Below the pieces are notes generated by a model. It had not been told where the DNA came from, searched no databases, and saw only the letters and a program-made list of their open reading frames with translations. A stretch of 62,956 nucleotides of DNA, counting the filler, from Octopus bimaculoides (lineage: Eukaryota): NCBI RefSeq assembly GCF_001194135.2. It is 4 parts of 4 records of this genome, joined end to end, with 100 filler letters (N's around TTAATTAATTAA, not from the genome) between each part and the next. Parts side by side here need not be neighbours in the genome. Positions count along the whole stretch, not along the records: positions 46,410 to 62,956 come from NC_068999.1; 3 more parts are not named here. One strand, written 5' to 3'. Within the stretch, counting starts at the first letter, position 1. Each line of letters starts with the position of its first letter. Of the stretch, positions 50,471 to 62,667 are shown in pieces. Both the position numbers and the translations under genes were made by a program.

Positions 50471-51750
50471 GAGGGGAGAAATACAGACACAGACACTGTC
50501 ACATAAATACACACACAAATATAAATATACATACATACATACATATATACATACATATATATACATAACGTTTCGAGCTATGCTCTTCAACAGAAACAAA
50601 AAACAAAAAACAAAAAACCCAAATTCATTATATTCCCTTTCTATCAATGTAAAGACAGAATCTCCACACAAGAAAGAATCAACAAGGAGAATCTTTTCAT
50701 AGAGAAATTCCAACCATTTCTTAACACACACCCCTCAGTGACCTTATTTCTCTATGAACAGACACAAACTTCCTGTTGAAAAAGAGTTCATAACTCCAAC
50801 TAAAAACACTTGTCTCCCTTTACACACACTTCCTGTTTTGACACCACATTTCCTGCTTAACACAAACTTTTAACCCTTTTTTTAAACCTAACAAAACTCC
50901 CAACTCTCATGCATCCTTATTTTTCCTACCAGTTTATACATGAACTACTATTGAACTACAAAAGCTCAAAGACAATATAATGTATGGGTATATTTATTTT
51001 CTTATATATTTATTNNNNNNNNNNNNNNNNNNNNNNNNNNNNNNNNNNNNNNNNNNNNNNNNNNNNNNNNNNNNNNNNNNNNNNNNNNNNNNNNNNNNNN
51101 NNNNNNNNNNNNNNNNNNNNNNNNNNNNNNNNNNNNNNNNNNNNNNNNNNNNNNNNNNNNNNNNNNNNNNNNNNNNNNNNNNNNNNNNNNNNNNNNNNNN
51201 NNNNNNNNNNNNNNNNNNNNNNNNNNNNNNNNNNNNNNNNNNNNNNNNNNNNNNNNNNNNNNNNNNNNNNNNNNNNNNNNNNNNNNNNNNNNNNNNNNNN
51301 NNNNNNNNNNNNNNNNNNNNNNNNNNNNNNNNNNNNNNNNNNNNNNNNNNNNNNNNNNNNNNNNNNNNNNNNNNNNNNNNNNNNNNNNNNNNNNNNNNNN
51401 NNNNNNNNNNNNNNNNNNNNNNNNNNNNNNNNNNNNNNNNNNNNNNNNNNNNNNNNNNNNNNNNNNNNNNNNNNNNNNNNNNNNNNNNNNNNNNNNNNNN
51501 NNNNNNNNNNNNNNNNNNNNNNNNNNNNNNNNNNNNNNNNNNNNNNNNNNNNNNNNNNNNNNNNNNNNNNNNNNNNNNNNNNNNNNNNNNNNNNNNNNNN
51601 NNNNNNNNNNNNNNNNNNNNNNNNNNNNNNNNNNNNNNNNNNNNNNNNNNNNNNNNNNNNNNNNNNNNNNNNNNAAAGTTCACACAGGAGAGCTAAGAAA
51701 AAGGGGAGATAACAAAAAGGGAAAGAAGCGGTGAACCCAAATACGAGAAG

Positions 51751-51783
<33 letters not shown>

Positions 51784-52944
51784 AAAGCTGGTGATCTTAA
51801 CGTATGTATGTGTGTATGTAGGTGTGAAAAACTGGGGAAGGGAGAAGGGAGTTGGTCAGTGCTAGTGTGTGCGTAGTGGTGTGTTGTGAAGTGATGTGTT
51901 GTGTGATATGGTGTAACGTGGTATGATGTGAGACTGTTGAGAGGTAGGAGTTGGGAGGTGGGGAAGGCGAAGGCGGGGGAGGTGAGAGTGGGGAAAGCAT
52001 GGATGGAGTGTGGGTTAGGCTGAGGGTGGAGGTAGAGGTAGGGGTATATGGGTAGGCAGAAGTTGGGGTGGGTGTAAGGAATTGGATGGGGTGGGAAGGT
52101 AGAGTAGGAGTGTGTTGNNNNNNNNNNNNNNNNNNNNNNNNNNNNNNNNNNNNNNNNNNNNNNNNNNNNNNNNNNNNNNNNNNNNNNNNNNNNNNNNNNN
52201 NNNNNNNNNNNNNNNNNNNNNNNNNNNNNNNNNNNNNNNNNNNNNNNNNNNNNNNNNNNNNNNNNNNNNNNNNNNNNNNNNNNNNNNNNNNNNNNNNNNN
52301 NNNNNNNNNNNNNNNNNNNNNNNNNNNNNNNNNNNNNNNNNNNNNNNNNNNNNNNNNNNNNNNNNNNNNNNNNNNNNNNNNNNNNNNNNNNNNNNNNNNN
52401 NNNNNNNNNNNNNNNNNNNNNNNNNNNNNNNNNNNNNNNNNNNNNNNNNNNNNNNNNNNNNNNNNNNNNNNNNNNNNNNNNNNNNNNNNNNNNNNNNNNN
52501 NNNNNNNNNNNNNNNNNNNNNNNNNNNNNNNNNNNNNNNNNNNNNNNNNNNNNNNNNNNNNNNNNNNNNNNNNNNNNNNNNNNNNNNNNNNNNNNNNNNN
52601 NNNNNNNNNNNNNNNNNNNNNNNNNNNNNNNNNNNNNNNNNNNNNNNNNNNNNNNNNNNNNNNNNNNNNNNNNNNNNNNNNNNNNNNNNNNNNNNNNNNN
52701 NNNNNNNNNNNNNNNNNNNNNNNNNNNNNNNNNNNNNNNNNNNNNNNNNNNNNNNNNNNNNNNNNNNNNNNNNNNNNNNNNNNNNNNNNNNNNNNNNNNN
52801 NNNNNNNNNNNNNNNNNNNNNNNNNNNNNNNNNNNNNNNNNNNNNNNNNNNNNNNNNNNNNNNNNNNNNNNNNNNNNNNNNNNNNNNNNNNNNNNNNNNN
52901 NNNNNNNNNNNNNNNNNNNNNTCTCATATATATATTTACACACA

Positions 52945-54437
52945 CCCAGAACTACGCGCTAATAGTTTAGGAGTGAAATTTAGGATTTCTCGGTTTTCTG
53001 TGAATCAATTTTGATAAAACTTTTCTCAGCTGGTGTGCACATTATGACAGCACCATTGTTATGTTTTCATTATTCTGTGTAACGTCCTTTCTTTTTTTTT
53101 ACTTCAGATTCTTCAGTTTTGGGGTGAACCACGCTAATAGCTTTTGAATGAAAATAACCCATCTAGACATTTTTTTTCAGAAAATGAAGGGTACTGATAC
53201 ATATCAAGCATACATTGAGTATATATTTAACAGAAAACCATAATAATATTATAAGATTTATTGACATAATGAATTATTTAGCCACATGAGTGCCATTTCG
53301 ACAGATAACTTCAAAAACCCTATTAGTCATGGAATCTGTCAATTCCTTAATAGTAGGAGGTGGTGCTGCAGCTTTGATGGTCACCCATAAGACATCTTTC
53401 GTCGTAAATTGGCGTCCATCGACATAAACATCTTGTTTAATGATGGAGATACTGGCAGCCATACCAACTCTTCACCTTGTATACCATAAGACCTTAGGAA
53501 TGTTTGGGTGGTCCTGGCAGAGTGTGAAGGAGTGTTGTCATGCATGAATACGAGATTCCTCAGAAGTGACAGCAGTATGTCATCTAGCCAGGGATCCAAA
53601 ACCTCCTTCAGGAGATTGCAGTAAGCGGCTGCGCTCACTTTAACCTCTTCAGGCACCCTGACTGGGCCAACAAATCTGTCCCTAATGACACAGCCCACAA
53701 CATGACTCCTCCATCCTATTGTTGATGTCGTAAATGTTGGTGACGTTCATCTCCAAAATAGACCCAACCATTTGCCCAACCGTCAGGTTCGTCAAGGATC
53801 GCCCTGGTTTCGTCAGTGAACAGAACACAACTCATGTCTAACGTCATGTACTTTTGGGCCCATTGAAGCCTCAAACTCCTGTGAGGAGACAGTTTCAGGG
53901 GTTCTTACACGGAAGTCATGGTCCTGAGAATGCGATTTCTGGTGGTTTTCGGTACATGAGGAAATCTGGAGGCGGTGAAAATGGCTTTGCTTGTTTGTTC
54001 AGGTTTCCCACGTAACTTGCAGCCAATATTCCTTAAATCCCTAGCTGTCACAGTCTTGAATGTCCCACAATCGGATCGTTTCTTCCTTGTCGCTCATGTG
54101 GCTAAATAATTCATTATGTCAATAAATGTTATAATATTATTATGGTTTTCTGTTAAATATATACTCAATGTATGCTTAATATGTATCAGTACCTTTCATT
54201 TTCTGAAGAAAAAAAATGTCTAGATGGGCTATTTTCATTCAGAAGCTATTAGCATGGTTCACCCAAAAACTGAAGAATTTGAAATAAAAAAAGAAAGGAC
54301 GTTACACAGAATAATGAAAGCATAACAATGGTGTTGCCATAGTGTGCAAACCAGCTGGGAAAAGTTTTATCAAAATCGATTCACAGAAAACCGAGAAATC
54401 CTAAATTTCACTCCTATGCTATTAGCATGTTTCTAGG
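52945..54437 (-). mobile_element. Tc1-like DNA transposon derivative with ~345-bp inverted ends and decayed transposase
   Basis: Inverted repeats ~52945-53290 and 54093-54437. Minus-strand transposase pieces TRKKRSDCG..., LFTDETRA (D1), FMHDNTPSH (D2). The SPDLNPIE-type motif carrying the catalytic E is deleted. TA at 54438. Confidence 0.9.
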
Positions 54438-54441
54438 TATA

Positions 54442-55320
54442 CGAAGTCTGATCAATAAGTATGCGGATTGTTGCCATAGTAACGAAGCTAATGCACTCAG
54501 AGTAAAGCCGCTTGGCACAGATTGACCTTGAACTCAGCTGTGTATGCGCACTAAGTTTTAACATTCTAGCTCACTTTTGTTGTCAACAGCAGTGCTTGGA
54601 AGGAAGGTATGTAGCGTGTGATCGTCGCGTTGACCATTACAAAGTTGTCATGGCGATACCTGCTCTCAGAGGCCTACTCATAGTTGCGGAAAGTGTATGG
54701 AGAGGAGTGTATGGGCCGCACACGAGAGTACGAGTGGTTCAGACGTTTCCAAGATGGCCGAAAAAATGTCGATATTGACGAGCGTTCTAGGAGACCCGCA
54801 ACCAGCAGAACTGTGTAAAACATCGTGGATGTGCGCTCAGCTGTGAGGGAAATCTTCGAATAACCATCCGTGAGTTATCACAGGATGTGCAGAATAGTTA
54901 CGGTTCAGTTCAGTCCATTATCGCTGAAGATTTGGTTATGAGACGCGTGTCTGCTAAGTTTGTGCCAAAATTAGCTTTTAGCTGACCAAAAAGACATTCG
55001 GGTTTCAGTTGCACAAGATCTCCATGATTGTGTCGAGGACGATGAATACTTTTTTAAAACTTTGCGTAGGCCTCTGAGCAGGTATCACCCAGCTTTTGGC
55101 AAGATTTGATGCAGATTCTCTGCTTAACTTTCTCTGTCATTGTCACTGCGACGATCACCCGCTACAGACCATCCTTCGAAGCACTGCTGTAAACAGCGGA
55201 AGTAAGCTAGAAGGTTAAGGCTTAGTGCACATACACAACAGCGTTCAAGGTCAATGTGTTCCAAGTAGCTTTACTTTGCATGTTTTAGCTTCATTACTAT
55301 GGCAACCATCCGGATACTTA
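54442..55320 (+). mobile_element. Internally deleted mariner element
   Basis: Left end CGAAGTCTGATCAATAAGTATGCGGATTGTTGCCATAGTAACGAAGCTA and right end TAGCTTCATTACTATGGCAACCATCCGGATACTTA. Interior encodes a decayed mariner N-terminus (WFRRFQDGRKNVD, MRRVSAKFVPKL). No DDD domain. Confidence 0.85.
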
Positions 55321-56634
55321 TATATATATATACACACACATACATATGTATGTATACATCTTTCTCTATTTCTTTCTCTCACTCCACCTCTCCCCCACTC
55401 CACCTCTCACTCACTTTACTTCTCCCTCTCTCTAACTAAATAAAGCGTAACGTGTGAACGAAGGACCAAGCAGAATTATAATATAAATACTTTGAATATT
55501 TAGAACCATTCTTGATTAGAAGATTTAGCCACCCCCTGGTTATTGATCTTTTTTGCAGTCGAACGAGGTCTTCAGTCTAAGAATAATTTTCTCTTTGATT
55601 CCTCCAGTCTTAGAGGCCGTAAAAAGTGTCATGGCCGTTGTACCTCTTCGCTGACTAAGTAATGTAAAATGAAATAGATAAATGATGTGAATTTCTCCAT
55701 TTTAAATAATTTAGTTATATATCTGTTGCATCTTGTAAATCTTCATTTTTTAATAACAGTAGAAGATGGTTGGAGCTAAAGCAATTACTTCTGCTCACCG
55801 AGGAGAGATACTTCGATTTAAGTTACGTTATAATCTAAATTTTGGGGAGTGAAGAGTGGATTAGAAATGAACGATTATGAGTTTGAAGTTATGGTATTCA
55901 GGATAATTAATGTTCATTAAACTGTTATCGGATTTAACAGATGGAAAAGCTAGATAATGAAGGAAGCAAAGGAAATAAAGCATTTTGCACATGTCTTGAT
56001 TGTATAGGTTTAAATGAGATTCAGAAAATGGAGTAAAGATCAGTGTGTTCAGTGTTGGTCGTGATTATCAGAAATTCTTTGGTGTGCAGCTGAAGGATAA
56101 TAAGGAATAAATGGCAACTCTTTAGGTATTCATGAGAGGAATGGATTATTTTCAGACCTAGTCTGCATACGTTCAACAATGAATTCCATTATAGGAACCC
56201 TCAGCTAGGTGGTGTTGTTAATCTGGGTGATAGATTAAGTCTACCACCTCAAATAAAGAACAGTCCCTCTGTCAGATTTCAACACAATGCTTTAATTGAC
56301 TTGAGGCTAAGATAGAATTGGAACCACACAGTTGCAATGCGAACTTTTTAAGCACACAGGTTTATGAAATATTGAAATGCGTATCAACTTAAGTTAAGAA
56401 TCATGTTGTCTAACATGATCGACCTAACTTTATTAAGAGGAAAAACAGAATTTTCTTCCCAAATTTCATAGAAGCTACGGTTTTTAAAAAACAACAACAA
56501 CAACAATAACAACTAAATAATACATATTAGCTTATCATTAACATGGCTTCACTCATAAACCAGGATCCACCTATAATGCCGAGTCCACTTATAAACCTAG
56601 CTCTAATTCTTCATTTTCCAAAAATTTCTAATTA

Positions 56635-57407
56635 AGGGATCTTTTCTGTTTGGCTGCTACTTTTCAGTTTCTTCAATTTTTGTTCCAATTGATTTCATAT
56701 TTGGTGTATTGCTGTAGTTTTGTATGGTAATCATTGATATGAACTTCACATTCGCCATAAATCAATAATTAAAGCTTTTAAAGTTTGCAAATTTTGGGTA
56801 ATTTTAGCCAATCAAAAGCCATTCATATAGGTGTCTGTTTCCATAGTAACAAGCTAAGCTGTTACCAAGATGCTTATTTTGTCCTGTCAAGCTACACCGT
56901 AATTTTTCACTTATTAAATGCTTAAAACACGAGGTATGAGGTGGTCGTGGGATGTGCTAAAAGTAACAGCTAAATAGGCCGTAAATCACGCATCAAAATT
57001 TTTTTGTTTTGGTTTTTGCATAATTATGTTTGGATTCCCGTGTGTAGAATACAAAGTCGCAAATATTTTCTAAAAATTCCCCAAAATAATTAAAGTTATG
57101 AGGAGTTATATGTCGTGCGTAAAACAAATTTTCGCCAATATTTCATTTGTTTACAGTTGAAAACACATGTTGTCATGCACAAAATAACAGCTTATTTTCT
57201 GACTGGGTAAAAATGATCAAACTGTTAACCTCTGTAACGTTTTAAAAGATATTTTGGAAAAAGTTAAATATCCTCTGAGGTTCAGCGTGGAAAATTACAC
57301 CAATACACCAAATTTTAAAATTTTCACTAAACTTTAAAATTTCCAAAGGTGCAGTCAAACAGAAAAAGTTCGAATCAAGAGATGTTTTCATATATTTGTG
57401 GCGGTAC

Positions 57408-57491
<84 letters not shown>

Positions 57492-58677
57492 TAAAGTTGC
57501 GGACAAGATAAAAATCAACAAAGTCTGATGGAAATAGATGGAGAAAGGACGAAGACTGATGGAAACAGGTTTTCGATTTTAGTGTTTGTTAAAAGCAATG
57601 ACGAGTATCGTTTCTTCGATCTGCTTTGATTTCTCAACCATCCCCTTTCTGTCAATCTGCCTGTCCAAGCCGTATACCATCAGTCTGTCTACATGTCTAG
57701 TTTGCTCATTCTCAGTATATAGATTTAATAAGCAATCAACACCGTCTGTATAACAACAGAAATCATTAAATGAATGAAAACCATTCAGATAACTGGAAAC
57801 AGTTTGTAAATATATACAGAAATATGTGCGCGCATGAACATACATACACTCAGACTTTATGTCCACACACACGCGCGCGCGTTTGTGCATGATGTCTGCT
57901 GCATTATTTAGTTTCTTTTATCCATCATAGGATTATTTTGAGTGGACATTTTCAGTTTGGCTGCCAAGTTTCGAAAATTCGAAGTTTATTGAAAATTTTA
58001 AAATTTGGTACATTAATGTAGTTTTCCAAGCTGAATCTCAGGAGTTATTTAACTTTTTCCAGAAAATTTGAAAAAAAAAAAAAAAAAAAGAAAGGTTATT
58101 AAGGTTTAAAGTTTCATCATTTTCACCCAGTTAGAAAACAAGATTTGGAAACTGTCATTTTGTGTGTGACAGCACGTGTTGTCAACTGTAAACAAATCAA
58201 ATTCTACTCTACACGAACAATTTTTTTGAATTTTCAGAAAATGTTTGTGAATTTGTATTCTACACACGGGAATTCATGCGATTACCCAAAAAATAAAATA
58301 AAAGAATTTTTAGTGCGTGATTTAGGGCCTATTTGGCTGTTATTTTTAGCACATCTGACGTCTACCTCAATGAGTAGATCTTTTCAGTTTGGTTGCCAAT
58401 ATTTTTCAACACGTACTTTCTCGTAGACAAAAGAGTTCTCATGCTTGGCTTGTTACTATGGAAACAGGTATGAATGTATCTGTGGTTTACGATTGGCTAA
58501 AATTACCCAAAGTTTGCAAACTTTAAAAGGTAATAACTCTTTATTTATTGATCTATTGCGAAAATGGATTTCAAAGCAATGATTAGCATATAAGACCTTA
58601 TCATTACACCGTATATGAAATCAATTCGAGCAAGAATTGAATCGATTGAAAATTGGCTGCGAAACAGAAAAGATCCT
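56635..58677. mobile_element. ~2-kb foldback element with ~735-bp arms; TTAA|GG terminus suggests Kolobok-like
   Basis: 56635-57370 is the diverged reverse complement of 57950-58677 (checked in five blocks). Left end TTAA-GGGATCTTTTCTGTTT, right end AAACAGAAAAGATCCT. The spacer contains (GA)n. Superfamily call is tentative because the right TTAA is decayed. Confidence 0.8.
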
Positions 58678-58865
58678 TTTGAGTTTTATACTATTCGATC
58701 ATTACTGAGTAATGTGATATTGAGCACAAAGAAGAATTTCTATCCACTTCCGTTTGAAACAAAGTAATTTTGGAAGTATTTTGTTAGTTAAAACCGCAAA
58801 TTATTGTCAAAGGTAGGTAATTGAAAAATTAAAGAAATTATGTCCCTTAAGAAAATCTAGGCCCA

Positions 58866-59444
58866 TCTATATAATACTAAAAGTCTGTGATTGCTTCCGT
58901 GCTTGTCTGTAATTTAACACCGCCAAACCGGCGCATAACCGGAAAATACTCCGATATGTGAATACAAACAGAATAAATCGGACCACGGATTCCCGAGGTA
59001 CACGATTTTTTGGGGTTTGTTTCCACAAATTTAAGTAGTGAAACCTGGAGTTATTGCTCTCTACTATGAACACCTGGATAGTTTTGTTTGGGTGTTTGCT
59101 AGTGTGCATTCTTGTCTGTAATTTAATACAGCCAAACTGGCCCATAATGGGAAAATACTTTGAAAGTAAGGTAACCATTGAAATGTGAATACAAACGGAA
59201 TAAAACAAATTTCACGTAAATCGGACCACGGGTTCCCGAGATACGCGTATTTTTTTTCGGGTACCTTTATAAATAACCAAACCGGCACATAATGGGTAAA
59301 TACTCTGAAAGTAAGGTACCATTGAAATGTGAATACAAACAGAATAAAATAAGTTCAGCGTAATTCGAACCGCAGGTTCCCGAGATATGCAGTTTTTTCG
59401 GGTACCTGAACTATTGGTAACCCAACAGGTCACGGATAGTCTAG
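58866..59444 (+). mobile_element. Non-autonomous Helitron-like element with internal subrepeats
   Basis: 5' A|TCTATATAATACTAAAAG and 3' ...ACCCAACAGGTCACGGATAGT-CTAG. Two motifs (CCAAACCGG..CATAA and ATGTGAATACAAAC..GGACCACGG.TTCCCGAG) each repeat three times. 3' hairpin is decayed. Confidence 0.65.
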
Positions 59445-59554
59445 CTATATTTTAGAATTGAAATCAAGGTAGCATTGAAGAAGATAAGTTATTAAGAATT
59501 ACCGTTCGCAAAGAAAATAAAGTACGTAGTTATAGTTTATCTACCAGATAATAA

Positions 59555-59881
59555 AACTGACACTCCGTCGCTTACGACGACATAAGTTCCAGTCGATCGG
59601 TCAACGGAACAGTTTGCTCGTCAAATTAACGTGCAAGTGGTTGAGCACTCCACAGACACGCGTACCCTTTCACATACTTCTCAGGGAGATTCAGCGTGAC
59701 ACAGAGTGTGACAAGACTGGTCCCTTGAAATACGAGTACTATTCATTTTTGCCAGATGAGTAGACTGGAGCAACGTGAAATAAAGTGTCTTGTTCAAGGA
59801 TACAATACGCCGCCGGGAATCGAACTCACGACCCTACGATCGCGAGCCGAATGCCCTAACCACTAAGCCACGCACCTTCAC
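59555..59881 (-). mobile_element. tRNA-derived CORE-like SINE
   Basis: Minus-strand head GTGAAGGTGCGTGGCTTAGTGGTTAGGGC...GAGTTCGATTCCC, then TCCTTGAACAAGACACTTTATTTCACGTTGCTCCAG. Confidence 0.85.
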
Positions 59882-60300
59882 TTCTCTAGATACAGGCTCA
59901 CACACCACACATCATCAGGCGCAATTATAAGTTGAAGAAAGCTGTCCTCATGAAATGAGGTTATTTGCATGCCTGAACTTTTCGAAAGTCTCAGACACAT
60001 CAGTTACATATACTTTTTGTTGTAATGAGAAGTTTTTTTAAATACTTCTTTCTCCGATTGATCTGTTTCTTTTTTAAGGTGTAGTCAATGATAGATGTAC
60101 TATTAGTGACATTTTTAGGCCTTCGTTTTTCGGCAGTTTTCCAGTTAATGTTTAGTTTGAGGCGTTTTTGGTTAATGACCAGGTATTATGACGGTCATTA
60201 ACAAGAGAATTTTGTTGTCTTCTGCTTTTCAGTGTTTCTGGTTCTGAAACTATCTTGAATTATTTTTCCTCTAGCCACTTCTTAGGGCATTGTCCTTCCA

Positions 60301-60584
60301 TTCTTAATAATTCTCCAATATCTTGACCTAAATTCCCTTACCTTAAAGTTTCCTCTAACCACTCCTTAGGGCATTGTCCTTCCATTTTCATTTTTATTTC
60401 TATATATATTTTTTCTTTCTTCTTATCTCTTTGTTTTCTTGCTTGATTTACCCCTAACCTGCTGTCCCTTACTATTTAATCTACCTTCCTCTAAATTGAA
60501 ATTACTACTATCTTACCCCTCCAATTAGAATATATAGAAATTAAATTCTTGTTTGATTCACTAGACTGTTGATTAACAGCCCAG
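60301..60584 (+). repeat. Direct repeat copy 1 (pLTR-like) of the Penelope element; copy 2 at 62668-62956
   Basis: Near-identical from TTCTTAATAATTCTCC to GATTAACAGCCCAG. Segment 60266-60300 is an extra partial unit. Confidence 0.9.
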
Positions 60585-60665
60585 TCAAGATGGTATTTTC
60601 TTCTTCTCCTACTCTTGTATTTGCACACAACTACAAAATGATTTCCTGAAATGAACTTCCATTAT

Positions 60666-60753
60666 GCATCTGAGGAGTACATTTTCATTGCACATCTTAT
60701 GTGGTGTTCTCACTACATAAATAAATGAAGTTTGTACGAAACGTACGTACTGC
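60666..60753 (+). ncRNA. Type I hammerhead motif with extended stem II
   Basis: GCAT-CTGAGGA-GTAC-(53 nt, including TTCATT/AATGAA)-GTAC-GAAA-CGTACG-TA-CTGC. Palindromic stem III. Confidence 0.75.
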
Positions 60754-61086
60754 TATAACCTAATGCATTTTTGTTGCTTTTCTTCAAATCTNNNNNNNNN
60801 NNNNNNNNNNNNNNNNNNNNNNNNNNNNNNNNNNNNNNNNNNNNNNNNNNNNNNNNNNNNNNNNNNNNNNNNNNNNNNNNNNNNNNNNNNNNNNNNNNNN
60901 NNNNNNNNNNNNNNNNNNNNNNNNNNNNNNNNNNNNNNNNNNNNNNNNNNNNNNNNNNNNNNNNNNNNNNNNNNNNNNNNNNNNNNNNNNNNNNNNNNNN
61001 NNNNNNNNNNNNNNNNNNNNNNNNNNNNNNNNNNNNNNNNNNNNNNNNNNNNNNNNNNNNNNNNNNNNNNNNNNNNNNNNNNNNNN

Positions 61087-62195
61087 NNNNNNNNNATAAT
61101 CATATTAACACCAATAAAATACCTAGGTTAAGAAATTATAATAATGGCCATAAGAGTAGGAAAATTACTTCACATAACAAGATAGATCCCAATAAGAAAA
61201 CTACAAATGATAGTAGAAGCAATAATATAACCCCAAATACTTATGATAACCACAAATCCCTATTACATCACAAATTTAAAAGAAAAAATTCTATATGGTT
61301 TAACATCCCTTACAACTATGCAGTATCTACGAACATCTATAAGAAATTTATGGATATCTTACAAAAATAATTTCGACCCTAACCATAGATATTATAAAAT
61401 CTTTTCTCAACACACAATCCATATCTCATACTCTACTCTCCCCAATATAGGACCTATCATCAATAAGTTGAATAAAAAGAACATTGAATTAGCTAGGATC
61501 CTTGAAAATAAAAATTGTCTTATTATTGATAACAATACAAATAACTACCAGACAATTAATAACACCAATGCAACCAATAATCATGTACATGTTAATGAAC
61601 ATAATAATACTTCAACTGTTAACATTAGTTGATGAGATAAATCTTCCTAGCTCAAACAATATCAATTGCATATCCAGTAATACAACCAACAATATTGATA
61701 TAACCAATTTAGATATTTGTATCAACAATCAACATAGTAATATATATATATAGCTAATAATCCCCTTGATTGCAATTGTGGAATTAAGGCCCGCTGCCCG
61801 GTATCTGGCCGTTGCTTAGCCCTAATGTGGTCTATAAATGTACAGTAGCTACTCCAACTAATAATTACATTTATGCTGGTTGCACAATCAATCTTAAACA
61901 ACGATTATACAATCATTTTTCCTCGTTTAGACTTAAACATAAGGCCAATAGCACATCAGTATCTAATAAAATTTGGGAATTGAAGGAAAATGGTATCGAT
62001 TTTAATCTTAAATGGGAAATCATCAGGAGAGCACAACCCTATAGAAATAGTAGATACGGCTGTGGACTGTGCTCTATAGAAATTTATGAAATTTTAAAAC
62101 TTAAGGATAATCCTAATCTAATTAATAATAGATCTGACCTTAGGGTTCTATGTGTACATTGTTACTCTCGCACCTTTAAATATTTTAAAAAGTAA
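61087..62195 (+). mobile_element. Penelope-like element: linker, Asn-rich insert and GIY-YIG endonuclease (frameshifted)
   Basis: KRKNSIWFNIPYNYAVSTNI, HISYSTLPNIGPII, CNCGIKARCP, NVVYKCTV...YIYAGCTINLKQRLYNH...CGLCSIE...LCVH. Confidence 0.9.
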
Positions 62196-62667
62196 ATCTT
62201 GCTAATAATATATTATTTTAATTCATTTCGCTTCCCAGACTATTAACTACTTTATTTGAGTTATAGCTTTAAAGTATAAATTTTGGAATGCATTTTAACC
62301 TTTCCCAACCCACTGATAATATTCCTACATTTCTCTAGCTAATTCAAAGTCTCTTCTACCATATTATCAATTCTGAAACCTTAGCTTTAATACTCTTAGT
62401 TTAGTCCTGATTTTCTAACTTTATTCCTCCCCTTTTTTCCTTCTGCTTCTTTCCCCCCCTTTCACTTTGATTTGTTTTTGGCCATTGATATTATGGTTTT
62501 ATTTATAAATAATATTTCTCTTCTACTACCCCACATTAATGTATATCTTATTTTAACTATAAATGTTTGTCTTGTTCTAATTTAACTATTAATGTTCTCT
62601 ATGGTTTTAAATTTAGTACTTTAGTGTTTTGTTGTATTATTCTAAATATACTGACGAATAGATAATA

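Noticed and set aside
1962-53014. Long ORFs rich in X, YI, CV, HT, LS or poly-S/L/I
   Set aside because: Translations of N-gaps and microsatellites.
58900-59400. CRISPR-like repeat/spacer appearance
   Set aside because: Eukaryotic context, degenerate repeats, irregular spacing, no cas genes; explained as Helitron subrepeats.
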